Origin: a virus
DNA length: 60,309 nucleotides
Virus record (IMG/VR): IMGVR_UViG_3300048824_000144
Location: 1 to 60,309 of that record
Strand: one strand, 5' to 3'
Positions 1 through 9,073 of the stretch are shown here, one piece after another. The number at the start of each line of letters is the position of its first letter. Position 1 is the stretch's first letter. The position numbers and the translations under genes are program-made. Below the pieces are notes generated by a model, which worked only from the letters and a program-made list of their open reading frames with translations, was not told the origin of the DNA and searched no databases.

Positions 1-127
1 AAGCGGAGGGGCGGCTTTGGGCGCGGACTTGGCGGCTGTGGCCATGGCTGGAATCCTTAATCGATCTTGTACATGTTATATAACATCGCCGGAAGTCCCT
101 TGGACGCAAAGACTTGCAGAGATGCTA
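1..127. repeat. terminal overlap of a circular assembly (copy 1)
   Basis: reads identically to 60183-60309 base by base. Confidence 0.9.
73..86. promoter_or_regulatory. perfect 14-bp palindrome ATGTTATATAACAT, candidate operator/promoter of the leftward operon starting at 60227
   Basis: self-complementary; sits about 28 nt upstream (minus strand) of the ATG at position 45 (=60227), before an AAGGA RBS; contains TATATA/TATAAC. Confidence 0.4.
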
Positions 128-367
128 TGCCCGGCCCATCAGGACCGGGGAGTTACTGGAACGGTTCTGGAGCGAACTTACGAGTGCGCCGAGGAGGGAG
201 GTGCGCCGGTGCGCCGGGTCGAAGCGGCCTCACGGCGCTAGGCGGAGATTGAGAGTAGGATGCGACTGGGGGGGCGGAGATCAGCTCCTGACCGGTTTTA
301 CCTGTTCCGTTCACGGGCGCTGAGCGAGCCCTCCCCCCTCTCAGTAAAATATTAGCAAATCCCAGCC

Positions 368-1048
368 CTATCCGATGGGGTGGGTGAACTTGAACATTTC
401 CCTGAGTTCATTCGCGGGATCGGTGATGTACTTCTGCCACCACTTGCGCGGGGGCGGATAGACGAACTTGTGAATTTCGTGTTGGACGTCCCCGGTCGTG
501 TCGGCCAGGTTCCCAGAGATGGTGTTGAAGTGGCCGATGAGTTGCGGGATCTGCGGGTCGCTGAGTTGCGTGTCCAGCGTCTTGGCAGCGCCGGTGATGC
601 CATCGGCCGAATCGCCCAGGCGCGCAATCGTGTCCTGGAGCTGATCGCCGTTCCCCACAATCTGCATATCGAGCGCGGGCAAGGTGGTGACGTCTAAGTG
701 AGTCAGGATGCCGTCGACGTGGGCCAGCAGCCCGCTCTGCCTCTTAGATCCGTTCAGCGAAATATCGGTGTGAATGAGGAGGTCATGGAAGTCAGCTATT
801 GTCTTGGTAAACTCGTCGGTCTGCCGCTTTTGCGCGGCCCGCTCTTCGCCCACGATCTTCTGCACGTCCTGCGCCGAGCCCGCCAGGCTCTTTGCCGTGC
901 CCTCGACGGCGCGCGTGGCTCCGCCCACTTGGTCGAGAACGCTGTGAAAGTCGGAGAGATCCCGGTGAACGTCATGGACGATCACCAGGACCCCTCCAGT
1001 AAGCGCGAGGAGCAGTGCGAACAGCGCGATGAAGAGGGCAATTTTCAT
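368..1048 (-). CDS. membrane-anchored protein, last gene of lysis cluster (function unknown)
   Basis: 226 aa; N-terminal hydrophobic helix MKIALFIALFALLLALTGGVLVIV then a long polar helical region; co-oriented behind endolysin/holin-like genes. Confidence 0.6.
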   Translation of the reverse strand: MKIALFIALFALLLALTGGVLVIVHDVHRDLSDFHSVLDQVGGATRAVEGTAKSLAGSAQDVQKIVGEERAAQKRQTDEFTKTIADFHDLLIHTDISLNGSKRQSGLLAHVDGILTHLDVTTLPALDMQIVGNGDQLQDTIARLGDSADGITGAAKTLDTQLSDPQIPQLIGHFNTISGNLADTTGDVQHEIHKFVYPPPRKWWQKYITDPANELREMFKFTHPIG

Positions 1049-1103
1049 TGTCTAAAGTCCGCCATCCCCAACCGCGATTGCGTAAAGCCGATCGCGATTT
1101 TCT

Positions 1104-1538
1104 TTAAGCAGCCGCGGGCGCTGGCGTTGCCGAGGGCGCTCTGGTGAGCAGCGCGTTGGCTTCGCCGACGATGGTATTGACCACGCTCGTGATCTGCGTC
1201 GACGTCTTGGAGTTCTTGACTTCGGCAGCCGTGAGCAGTCCGCCCAGATTGCTCTGGAGGCTGTTCAGCGCGGCTTTGACCACGGCCAGGGCCGGAGATC
1301 CGGCTGGCACCATGGCGCCTGAAACCAGGGCTTTGATGGTTGCGAGATCGGCCTGCGCCGTATTGACGGCGGCGGCCACAAGCTGCTCGGCGGGTTGGCC
1401 GGCGGCCAGGCCAACGAGGACCTCAAGGAAAGGAGCGGTGTAGCTGATGCCGGAGGAAAGCGTGTTCTCCCACGTCGTGGAACCAAACAGCTTCTTGGCC
1501 TCAGCTTCGACTTTATCGACAAACGTTTTGAAGGACAT
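1104..1538 (-). CDS. hypothetical Ala-rich helical protein
   Basis: start moved to internal ATG (MSFKTFVDK...); the 23 upstream codons are Arg/His-rich and overlap the previous gene. Confidence 0.5.
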   Translation of the reverse strand: MSFKTFVDKVEAEAKKLFGSTTWENTLSSGISYTAPFLEVLVGLAAGQPAEQLVAAAVNTAQADLATIKALVSGAMVPAGSPALAVVKAALNSLQSNLGGLLTAAEVKNSKTSTQITSVVNTIVGEANALLTRAPSATPAPAAA

Positions 1539-1563
1539 GATGCGGTGATCTCTTTTCTGCCAT

Positions 1564-1992
1564 CTACGCCGATGGCGGCAGGGTGGGTTGTGGTTTAGGG
1601 GGAACACTGGGATCGTTGCTCGGCAAGCTCGGAACGTTGGGAGGCACGAGCTGCGGAATCTCGGCGCGCATCCATGGAATCAGGCCGAAGACCTGATTGA
1701 GCAGCGCATCGACGTTGTAGCCGGCCAGACCCGCCAGCCCCCACGGAGGAAGCGCAACGCCCGCCGTGGCCAGGGTTCCGCTCAGGGCGTGCAGCGGCCC
1801 TTGCAACGCGGCGGGAAAGACGATGGCGGAAAAAAACAGGCGCACCAGAACGCTCACAGCCTGCAGTTGCAGCCACTTCTTCATCCCCGCCCAGCCGGTT
1901 GTGAGTCCGTTGGAATTGGAGCGCACGGAGTTCTGTATCTGCAGGAACAGGTGCAGGACGATTCCGGTGAAGTACATCACCCAGAGCAGCAT
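1564..1992 (-). CDS. putative holin / multi-pass membrane protein
   Basis: 142 aa with several hydrophobic segments and a Pro-rich tail; immediately downstream of the endolysin. Confidence 0.5.
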   Translation of the reverse strand: MLLWVMYFTGIVLHLFLQIQNSVRSNSNGLTTGWAGMKKWLQLQAVSVLVRLFFSAIVFPAALQGPLHALSGTLATAGVALPPWGLAGLAGYNVDALLNQVFGLIPWMRAEIPQLVPPNVPSLPSNDPSVPPKPQPTLPPSA

Positions 1993-2049
1993 GTTTTTTT
2001 CTCCTGAGAGAGATCGCGAACTTATGTTGCGGGGGAACTTATGTAGCGG

Positions 2050-2652
2050 TCAGGCGGTCGCGTTCCAATCCTCAGCACACGCCTTGTAGATCGAAAGAAC
2101 CTTCAACGCGCGGCCGAGGCCGGGGATCACTTCACACACTCCGTAAGTGGCGGCGTGTCCAACCTCATGCGCTTTGGCGTCGACTTCGCGGATAAACTCC
2201 ATCCCGCAGCGGCAGTGCCAGCCCGGATCCGTCGACCAACTCTGGGAAACCTGATTGACGAACTCTTCCGGAGTCTTCGCAGCCAGCGCCGCGGCGTAGT
2301 GAGGCAGAAACGATGACAGCCGGCTCAGCGTGGCCATGCGATCGGCAAAGCAGCTTGCCCAATCGGGATATTTTTCCCAATCGGTTTCGGTGACGATCCA
2401 CTCGCTGTTTTCGAACTCGTGCGCCGGCAGCCGCATCACGCCATAGGCGTTGTGTCGGTGCTCTTTCATGCCGAAAAGATTGTTGCCCTCGCGCGCGAGC
2501 TGGCTTCCGCCGTAGATGGAAACCTTGGTGACTGGATCCGGATGGCCGGACTCGAGGGCCGCTTCGCACGCCGCCATCTCCGGGAAAACGTGCCCCGCCT
2601 TTTTCGCCTGGGCCGCGGCCGTCTGCAGAAATTCTTTTTGCTGTGGGTTCAT
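2050..2652 (-). CDS. endolysin, glucosaminidase (GH73/FlgJ-type) domain
   Basis: AALESGH (catalytic-Glu context) and GNNLFGMK motifs typical of mannosyl-glycoprotein endo-beta-N-acetylglucosaminidase; start set at ATG 2652 with GAGGA RBS. Confidence 0.75.
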   Translation of the reverse strand: MNPQQKEFLQTAAAQAKKAGHVFPEMAACEAALESGHPDPVTKVSIYGGSQLAREGNNLFGMKEHRHNAYGVMRLPAHEFENSEWIVTETDWEKYPDWASCFADRMATLSRLSSFLPHYAAALAAKTPEEFVNQVSQSWSTDPGWHCRCGMEFIREVDAKAHEVGHAATYGVCEVIPGLGRALKVLSIYKACAEDWNATA

Positions 2653-2903
2653 GGGGAGTCCTCTTTCGAAAGCTCGATCAGATCGAAGCCGCCGTCCTTC
2701 CGGTCGACCAGCAGGAAGCGCCCGGACGATTCGGAAACGTGGAAGCACAAGGCACGCTCGGCGTGGATGTAGCAGAAGCCGCGGACCGGGCTGCCCTGGC
2801 GCGGCTTGATGGTCACGGCCAGCGCCGCGGTCACGGGCAATTCGTGATCCGCGCGGGTCGCAAGTTCCTCACCGGGATTCGGCGGGAAGGTGAGCAGGGT
2901 CAT
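2649..2903 (-). CDS. hypothetical protein
   Basis: 84 aa, balanced composition; stop overlaps the endolysin start (ATGA). Confidence 0.5.
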   Translation of the reverse strand: MTLLTFPPNPGEELATRADHELPVTAALAVTIKPRQGSPVRGFCYIHAERALCFHVSESSGRFLLVDRKDGGFDLIELSKEDSP

Positions 2904-3054
2904 GTGAGATGATCCCTTCCGTTGAGGGCAGAGTTCGCCGCTAAGACGACAACCCTTGCGCCCCGCGGCTCAGAGCGGCAATCTGAGACAGGACGGGTAA
3001 AGCTGTCTGGTGTCCAAGACCACGCGGACAAGGCTCAAATAGTCGGAGGCGAAT

Positions 3055-5904
3055 TTAGAGCACTCCCAGCGATCCGTATTGCGAATACTCGCCATCGCCT
3101 TCCACCCACGGCGTGCTGGGCGGCTGGTAGAGCGTGGGCGCCGCGAATTCGTAAATCGAGGGATCGGTTTCGCGCAGCACCAGGTCGATGCCGATGCAGG
3201 GCGCGCCGTTCTTCACTTCGATCACCTGCGTGGCCTGGGTCACGAAGAACGTGATGGGCGGAGGCTGCAACAGCGCTGCCCAGCGTGCATGCGTGAAGGT
3301 GATGGTGTCCCCGGCCTGCACTTGAAATGCAGTCAATTTGCAGGCCAAATGCCCGGAGACCTGAAAGCGCAAAAGCATTAGCACGATCTTGGCGAGACGC
3401 TGCGCTTGCCAGATGGAGGTGCAGAAGCCGAAGCGCACTTCCTTCCAAATGATTTGTCCGCCGTCCTCGGTGAGGTAATCGGGATGGCCCTGCAGCCCGT
3501 TGCCCTGATAAGGCGGGAAGTCGGTCCAGCGCCAGGGCGCCGGCTGCGCTTCGGTGGTATTGGTGGGAACGAACGAGGGCATGATGGTGCCCTTCACTCC
3601 GTTGCAGATGTCGCGCCGCGAGATCCTGAAATCGAACTTGATGGAGTCGCGCAGGTCCGCATCAGTCAAGGCCACCACGGGCGGCGAGTAGACCCCGCCA
3701 AACAGGTGCCACAGATCTCCCGGAGGCACGAGCACACCGGCGCAGGAAGCCACCAGCGCCTTGAGCACGTCTCCGCGCGCGGTCCCGTAATCGAATACCC
3801 CATCGCAGTTGTAGCGATTCTCGCTGACAGTGCCCCCGTTCGAGGCGACCGTGACGACGACGGTTTCTTCGCACAGGTTCGCCATCGCGTTGATCGAGTC
3901 CATGTCGATGGTCGAAGGATCGGCTCCCTCTCCATAGTCGGTGTTGGTGAGGTAGTCGTAAATGATCAGCGCCGGATTCGAGGGATTGGTGGCCGCAATG
4001 CCCGCGGTGGGAACTCCCAGGCACAGCCACACTTGCGGATTCTGGCCGCTGCCGCCGCTCACGTCGCCGACGGTGCATTGCAGCGTGGCCGGCGTCCCGC
4101 CCACGATCTGGTTGGGAATCACGATATCGAAGCTGGTTCCGGTGTAGGTGGCGCCGGGGCTGTTGACCACGACGTGATCGATCTGGAAGTTGTAAGGAGC
4201 CGCCACCCCGCCGCCCAAGCGCATATAGGCGGTGGCTGTAGCCGCGTACGCTTGATTGTTCGGTTCGCTCGAATCGTAGACCGGGAACGACAAAGGTTGC
4301 GCGCTAAAGCCGGAGCCTGGAGTGGGGACCGAAATCGCCGTCACGCCCAGCGTCGGACCTTGCTGGCCCAGGTTGATCACGTTCACAGTGGCCAGAATGC
4401 TTGCGCCATTCGGAAAGCCCGTGGGCGGACTGATCTGCGATGCGCCGTTGATCACCTGGAAAGATTGCCCAATGCCGAGATATCCGTAGCCGGGATTCAC
4501 GATGGCGCAGGAGGCAATCCGGCCGCCCGACACCACGACGGAGAGCACTGCGGTGTAACCGCCGGGGTTGCCCGGCTGCAGCACGAAGATGGTGTAGGTT
4601 CCGTCGATGCCTCCGCTGCCGGCGTTCTGTACGCTGGTTGAAACCAGGCCGTTCACAATCGTCATCGTCGAGCCATCCGGCGTGTACTGGCCGGGCTGCG
4701 TGGCCCAGGTCGGCTCGCTCGGCCCCGTATCAAATTCGAGCGGCGATCCGCCGCACGCCGGCTCCATCAGGGTTTGCAGGTTGCCGTTGGGATCGGTAAA
4801 GGTGTAGGGATATAGGATCGTGCGTTCCGGCCCCGGCCACCCACCGGACTGAAGCGGCCCTGCGTCCAGCCATTCCGCCTCATTGTCGGCCGTGGGAAAA
4901 CCCGGCCCCGCGAAGGCTGGCGGATTGGGCCCCGGCCCGCTCTGGAAGCTGCCACCCGGCCCATTGGTTTGCCATTCCACCCGGTTGGCGGCGTCGATGA
5001 TGTAATTCGCAAACGAGTAGAAGCTGTCAGGGTGCCAGGTGGTGGGACTACCGCCGCCGCCCAACATGCGCGTGTCGAGGATCGGCTTGCCCGTGATCGG
5101 GAAGCGGATGGTGGGAACGTAACCATTGACAAAGATCGGCTGGAAAGTTGCGAGATTGTGTCCCGTTCCGATCTGCGAACCATCCGCGAGATAGTCGTAG
5201 CGCAGGGCGACGTGGACCTTGGCGCGTCCCACCTGGCAGCAACTCAGCCCCCAATCCGGACAGGCCCCGCTCAGCATGGGGAAGGGCATGCCCTCGACAA
5301 TTCCGTTCTCGATCAGCACCGAGGCGGGATTGCCCACGTCGAATTCAAAGGCGATGTGGTAGGAGCCGGGGAACTCGTTTTCCTCGCCGTCGTTGGTGTT
5401 GCCGCCCCAGGGATTGAGCGGGTCCGAAGGCACCCAGATGCCATTCCCGATGTTCGTCAACTCGGTGTAAATGTTGTCGATGATGACGCACATGATCCCG
5501 CCGCGCCCGAACGACGTGATCTGATGGCCGGTAAGCGTGAAAACCAGATGCCGCCAGTTGGCCTGCGGGCCCTCATTCTGGTAGAGCTGATCCCCGGCGG
5601 GCGCGCTGTCGTAGGTCTTGACCCCGCCCACTTCCACGTTCCCATAGACCACGCGGCGGTAGGCGGCAGACTCTTGCGCGTTCGACTGGCTCCCCGGAAC
5701 CGAGGTGTCATTGGGATTGAGGATCGACTGCAACAGCCCGAAAGTGCCGGTGAGTCCGGCGCTCAGGCCCACGGCAAACAGCGTGCTCTCGGAGAAAGTC
5801 ATTCCCCAGATGGCAACCGTCGCGCCCGAGGCGGCGCCGTAGGTGGCGACCATCAGGGCCACCCCGACCGCGATCATTCCGATTTCTTCGGCGGTTTTGG
5901 ACAT
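3055..5904 (-). CDS. tail host-specificity protein (lambda gpJ / GTA g15-like)
   Basis: 949 aa; N-terminal hydrophobic segment, YRRVVYGNVEVGG motif typical of gpJ-type proteins, Gly/Thr/Asn-rich beta composition; follows hub-like and NlpC-like genes. Confidence 0.7.
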   Translation of the reverse strand: MSKTAEEIGMIAVGVALMVATYGAASGATVAIWGMTFSESTLFAVGLSAGLTGTFGLLQSILNPNDTSVPGSQSNAQESAAYRRVVYGNVEVGGVKTYDSAPAGDQLYQNEGPQANWRHLVFTLTGHQITSFGRGGIMCVIIDNIYTELTNIGNGIWVPSDPLNPWGGNTNDGEENEFPGSYHIAFEFDVGNPASVLIENGIVEGMPFPMLSGACPDWGLSCCQVGRAKVHVALRYDYLADGSQIGTGHNLATFQPIFVNGYVPTIRFPITGKPILDTRMLGGGGSPTTWHPDSFYSFANYIIDAANRVEWQTNGPGGSFQSGPGPNPPAFAGPGFPTADNEAEWLDAGPLQSGGWPGPERTILYPYTFTDPNGNLQTLMEPACGGSPLEFDTGPSEPTWATQPGQYTPDGSTMTIVNGLVSTSVQNAGSGGIDGTYTIFVLQPGNPGGYTAVLSVVVSGGRIASCAIVNPGYGYLGIGQSFQVINGASQISPPTGFPNGASILATVNVINLGQQGPTLGVTAISVPTPGSGFSAQPLSFPVYDSSEPNNQAYAATATAYMRLGGGVAAPYNFQIDHVVVNSPGATYTGTSFDIVIPNQIVGGTPATLQCTVGDVSGGSGQNPQVWLCLGVPTAGIAATNPSNPALIIYDYLTNTDYGEGADPSTIDMDSINAMANLCEETVVVTVASNGGTVSENRYNCDGVFDYGTARGDVLKALVASCAGVLVPPGDLWHLFGGVYSPPVVALTDADLRDSIKFDFRISRRDICNGVKGTIMPSFVPTNTTEAQPAPWRWTDFPPYQGNGLQGHPDYLTEDGGQIIWKEVRFGFCTSIWQAQRLAKIVLMLLRFQVSGHLACKLTAFQVQAGDTITFTHARWAALLQPPPITFFVTQATQVIEVKNGAPCIGIDLVLRETDPSIYEFAAPTLYQPPSTPWVEGDGEYSQYGSLGVL

Positions 5905-6151
5905 AGATTAAAATCTCGGGATGACGCAGAGGCGCAAAATCGGAAGTTGCGCGAAATGCGGCGGCGGCGTGCTCTCCGTCCGCGACCGCAAGGATCACAC
6001 CATCGGCGAACCCAGCCGCATCGGGTTGGTGGGTTATCGCGCCGGGGTGAAGCTTTGAAACCGCTTGGGCAGAACTCTGGTGCAGCCGGTGCATTTCAAA
6101 CATTCACGACCGGAGATGCATCTGTCCGCACTGCAGGGAGTGTCGCGAGGC

Positions 6152-6598
6152 CTAAGCGATCTTCCACGCGCGCAGCCAGAACCTCATGGGGACGCGGATA
6201 AAGCCGCGTTCGCTGGCGCACCAGGCGAAGCGGCCGCTGTGATCGATGGTGCCCAGCGCGAGGCCGGGATCTCGAGCCTGAATCAGGGCCACGTCGCCGC
6301 GGCGGCCGAACTTGGGCAGGGGCTGAGATTCCGCTTGCTTGCTGGCCCACTCGGGAAAGCCGTGCTGCTGCGCGATGCCGGCGGCGAACTTGCCAAGGTC
6401 GGAACCGATCAGGGTCATGGCCTCGGCTTCGCTGGAATACTGGCCGCGAAAGGGAGCGCCCGGATCCACTCCGGCAACCGCCTGAATGCCGTCGCAGACA
6501 CTCATGGCGCAATCGAATTTGCCCCACTCGAAGCGCGCCTTCCGCGATTTCTCGAAGTGCGCCGCCAGCAGCTCGTGCCAATTTGGGAGGCGTTTCAT
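6152..6598 (-). CDS. NlpC/P60-like tail-associated protein (gpK / GTA g14 position)
   Basis: 148 aa; WGKFDC...H arrangement; located between hub-like and gpJ-like genes. Confidence 0.5.
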   Translation of the reverse strand: MKRLPNWHELLAAHFEKSRKARFEWGKFDCAMSVCDGIQAVAGVDPGAPFRGQYSSEAEAMTLIGSDLGKFAAGIAQQHGFPEWASKQAESQPLPKFGRRGDVALIQARDPGLALGTIDHSGRFAWCASERGFIRVPMRFWLRAWKIA

Positions 6599-6691
6599 TT
6601 CAGGAATTCCCCAAAGAAAATTGATCGCGGCGAAACCTGGCCGCTGGCTTTCTCATGCTAGGTTCTACGCAGCCCAAAGGAGGGCCTTCGA

Positions 6692-7252
6692 TTGAAGAAG
6701 CAAGTAACTCGCATCACGCTTTTCGTCGCCGCGATCCTGCTGGCAGCGTTCGCGGCCCGCTTTAACCCACACAATACGGCTCAGGCTTCGCTCGGTACCT
6801 TGCACGAGGTCTGGAATGAAGAATGGACAACGAGTTCCGCAATCAGCTCAACCACACTGATCACGCCGACCGTCGATACCACGTACACCGTGTTTTTCTA
6901 CGGAAGCGCGACTGGGACGCCAACGGGCACAAACGCGGATAGCTTCGCGCCCTACTTCACCTGGACCGACGATGTGGGCAATGAACAACTTGGGGACAGC
7001 ACACCCAACGTCGGAGGCGGCTACTGCACCTGGGGCAAAGCCGGAACCGGCGGAGGCGACTGCGGCGCGGGTTATGAGTATGGCCCGTTGCTCCACGAAC
7101 TCACAGCGAATGGAGATGTCCCCAACGCGGGGCCAAACGTAGTCATCTTCCCCGTGCGCGTAAAAGCCAACACCAGCCTCGTCTTTGCAATGCCGGTTTT
7201 GAACCCGGACAACCTCAGCGCGCACGTCAGTGTGCAGGTCATGGGCTGGTAG
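6692..7252 (+). CDS. secreted protein of unknown function (moron on opposite strand)
   Basis: 186 aa; signal-peptide-like MKKQVTRITLFVAAILLAAFAARF; Thr/Gly/Asn-rich; AAAGGAGG RBS; only plus-strand gene inside the tail module. Confidence 0.6.
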   Translation: MKKQVTRITLFVAAILLAAFAARFNPHNTAQASLGTLHEVWNEEWTTSSAISSTTLITPTVDTTYTVFFYGSATGTPTGTNADSFAPYFTWTDDVGNEQLGDSTPNVGGGYCTWGKAGTGGGDCGAGYEYGPLLHELTANGDVPNAGPNVVIFPVRVKANTSLVFAMPVLNPDNLSAHVSVQVMGW

Positions 7253-7274
7253 ATCGGAATAAAGATCGGGGCCG

Positions 7275-8261
7275 CTAGGCCGCTTCCGTCACGATGATGG
7301 TGACGGAAGCGGTCACTGGCGTAGTTGGCTTGGTCACTCCGCTGCCAAAAAACGCTCCGTACACGAAGCGCGCTGTCACCACGCACATGCCCTGTTTCAA
7401 TCCCGTCACAATGCCGCCGCCCGATCCCGTCCCGCCATTCGCGAGCTGAGCGATGCTCTGATCGCTTGAATATACCTGGCATCCCCAGCCCGAAGGACCG
7501 CCGGGCCCCATTACTATCTGCGTGGTGCCATCGCTGTAAGTCACGGTGGCGACGAGCTGCACCGTCTCGCCAACCGCGATGGCGATGGGGCCGGACTGCC
7601 CCGGCTGAATGGTCAGAAAGTTCGGCTGTCGCTGCGTCTGGTTGGGATTGCTCTGGTAGGGCGACGGCCACAAGACCAGATAGTCCTGCAGCAGTTGCAC
7701 CTGAAAGAAGCCGGTGTCGCCGGGATAATCGACCTGCTGGTCGACGTCGGTAAATCTCCGTTCCGGAGCGCGGTTCAAATCGATCAGCGGATTTTCGCAG
7801 GTAATGGCGATGGCGCAGGTGGCCGCGCCCTCGGTGATGGTGGGAACGTCGAGCGCGCCCTGAAAGACCTGGACGGGATCTCCGATGATTTGCGGATTCC
7901 CCGGCGCCATGCTCAGGAAGCCGAGCCACACCGTGGCGATCGCGGTTTGCCGGACGGCGTTGATCGCGTCGGTCACCAGATCGACGGGGATCCCCGACAT
8001 TTCAAGCGTGATATTGGATGCCACCACGTCGGTGACTTCGGGGATAGTGCGAATGGTTCCCAGCCAGCCGATGCCGGTGAAGGCGCTCCCGTAAGGAAAC
8101 GTAGATGCAGGATCATAAGGCGGCCCCGGCGCCGTGATCGAACCCAGCCCACTCCACAGGTAAACCGTTTCGGTGAGGAAGGCGATGCGGACCAGGAGCG
8201 CGGGTTGTAATTGGCCGGCAAGAGTCTGCGCCAGAACCGCCGGGCTCATGTTTCTGGGCAT
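7275..8261 (-). CDS. tail hub/distal tail-like protein with C-terminal Ig-like (Big_2-type) domain
   Basis: start at ATG 8261 overlapping the upstream stop; N-terminal part has the pattern LVRIAF..VYLWSG..F.G.GWLG resembling GTA g13/DUF2163-type proteins; C-terminus TVQLVATVTYSDGTT...GMCVVTA is Big_2-like. Confidence 0.6.
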   Translation of the reverse strand: MPRNMSPAVLAQTLAGQLQPALLVRIAFLTETVYLWSGLGSITAPGPPYDPASTFPYGSAFTGIGWLGTIRTIPEVTDVVASNITLEMSGIPVDLVTDAINAVRQTAIATVWLGFLSMAPGNPQIIGDPVQVFQGALDVPTITEGAATCAIAITCENPLIDLNRAPERRFTDVDQQVDYPGDTGFFQVQLLQDYLVLWPSPYQSNPNQTQRQPNFLTIQPGQSGPIAIAVGETVQLVATVTYSDGTTQIVMGPGGPSGWGCQVYSSDQSIAQLANGGTGSGGGIVTGLKQGMCVVTARFVYGAFFGSGVTKPTTPVTASVTIIVTEAA

Positions 8262-8503
8262 CAGACATCGCCTTTGCCGGACTCGCGCAATGCCGCAGCC
8301 GTCAAATTGCGCCACACCCGCTTCATGGTTTCGGGCATGGTCTTTTTTCCGCTGCCGGGCGCGGGCGCCCACTCCGGCTGCAGGTCAATCAGCGGCGAGG
8401 CCAGCTCGCGCATGTCTTCGAGAAAGCTGGCATACGCAGCCTGAGCACAGCGATCTAACTTTTCGTCAACACCGCTCTGGGTCACTGCCGTGGGCAAGGG
8501 CAT
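8261..8503 (-). CDS. hypothetical protein
   Basis: 80 aa, acidic, balanced composition; coupled to the downstream gene. Confidence 0.5.
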   Translation of the reverse strand: MPLPTAVTQSGVDEKLDRCAQAAYASFLEDMRELASPLIDLQPEWAPAPGSGKKTMPETMKRVWRNLTAAALRESGKGDV

Positions 8504-8556
8504 ATCGGCTCCTGCGGCGCGCTGCGCGGGCTGGACGCCCGCTCTGTTTTGGGATT

Positions 8557-8588
8557 GAGCTAAGAGCTAATAGCTAAGAGCTAGAAGC
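8557..8588. repeat. short tandem AGCTAAG/AGCTA repeats in tail-operon spacer
   Basis: gagctaagagctaatagctaagagctagaagc read directly. Confidence 0.5.
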
Positions 8589-8593
8589 GGTTT

Positions 8594-8779
8594 TCAAATC
8601 GCCTCGCGGCACTTCATGGCAAAGTTGAAAGTCTTGGTTTTCATGGCGGCCGCCTCGCGGCGGTTTTCCGCGAGACGGAAGGTTCCCGTGGGATTGATCA
8701 GCACCAGCGGCGTGCCCGGGATCGGCGCTTCGCGCAGGTTGGGAAAAATATCCAGCGTGGCCAGCGGCGAACCGGAATT
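8594..8779 (-). other. 62 coding-looking codons in frame directly after the TAG stop of 8780-9073
   Basis: frame checked triplet by triplet; translation NSGSPLATLDIFPNLREAPIPGTPLVLINPTGTFRLAENRREAAAMKTKTFNFAMKCREAI; only an internal GTG/ATG as possible start. Confidence 0.35.
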
Positions 8780-9073
8780 CTATCCGGCCGCGGCGACGGT
8801 TTCGGGGGCAGGCTCAGCATTGGGCTTCACTTCCACCAGGTTGAAGTTACCACCGCGCAGCGGGACCAGGCGGAACTCTTGGCCGGGAAAAAACCTCTCC
8901 ACGGTTTTGGCTTCCGATTCCAGCAGCTTCTCCACGTCGTTGGGAGTGAGGAACCTTCCCGGCTTCGTCCGCATCGGATGCCGAAACCGCGTGCCGTCGA
9001 GCAGGATGACGTGGAAGACAACATTCTTGCGCCAGCCGGCCGGCAACGCCCGGCGATGGGGAATGCCTCTCAT
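8780..9073 (-). CDS. hypothetical protein
   Basis: 97 aa starting MRGIPHRRALPAGW; ATGA overlap with the upstream gene; ends at TAG. Confidence 0.6.
   Translation of the reverse strand: MRGIPHRRALPAGWRKNVVFHVILLDGTRFRHPMRTKPGRFLTPNDVEKLLESEAKTVERFFPGQEFRLVPLRGGNFNLVEVKPNAEPAPETVAAAG

Noticed and set aside
3406-6201. Long plus-strand ORFs (3406-4641, 4969-6201) opposite the gpJ-like gene
   Set aside because: Arg/Gly/Ala/His-rich translations with no motifs. These are typical antisense shadow ORFs of G+C-rich coding DNA. The minus-strand gene is continuous and protein-like.
6641-6660. Sigma-54 promoter reading of CTGGCTTTCTCATGCT
   Set aside because: The GG-to-GC spacing counts as 9 instead of the required 10, and the other two copies of the word lack the -12 element.
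8557-8588. CRISPR-like array among the short tandem repeats (8557, 10553, 55834, 41626)
   Set aside because: The repeat units are only 7-8 nt, are directly adjacent without spacers, and no cas genes are present.
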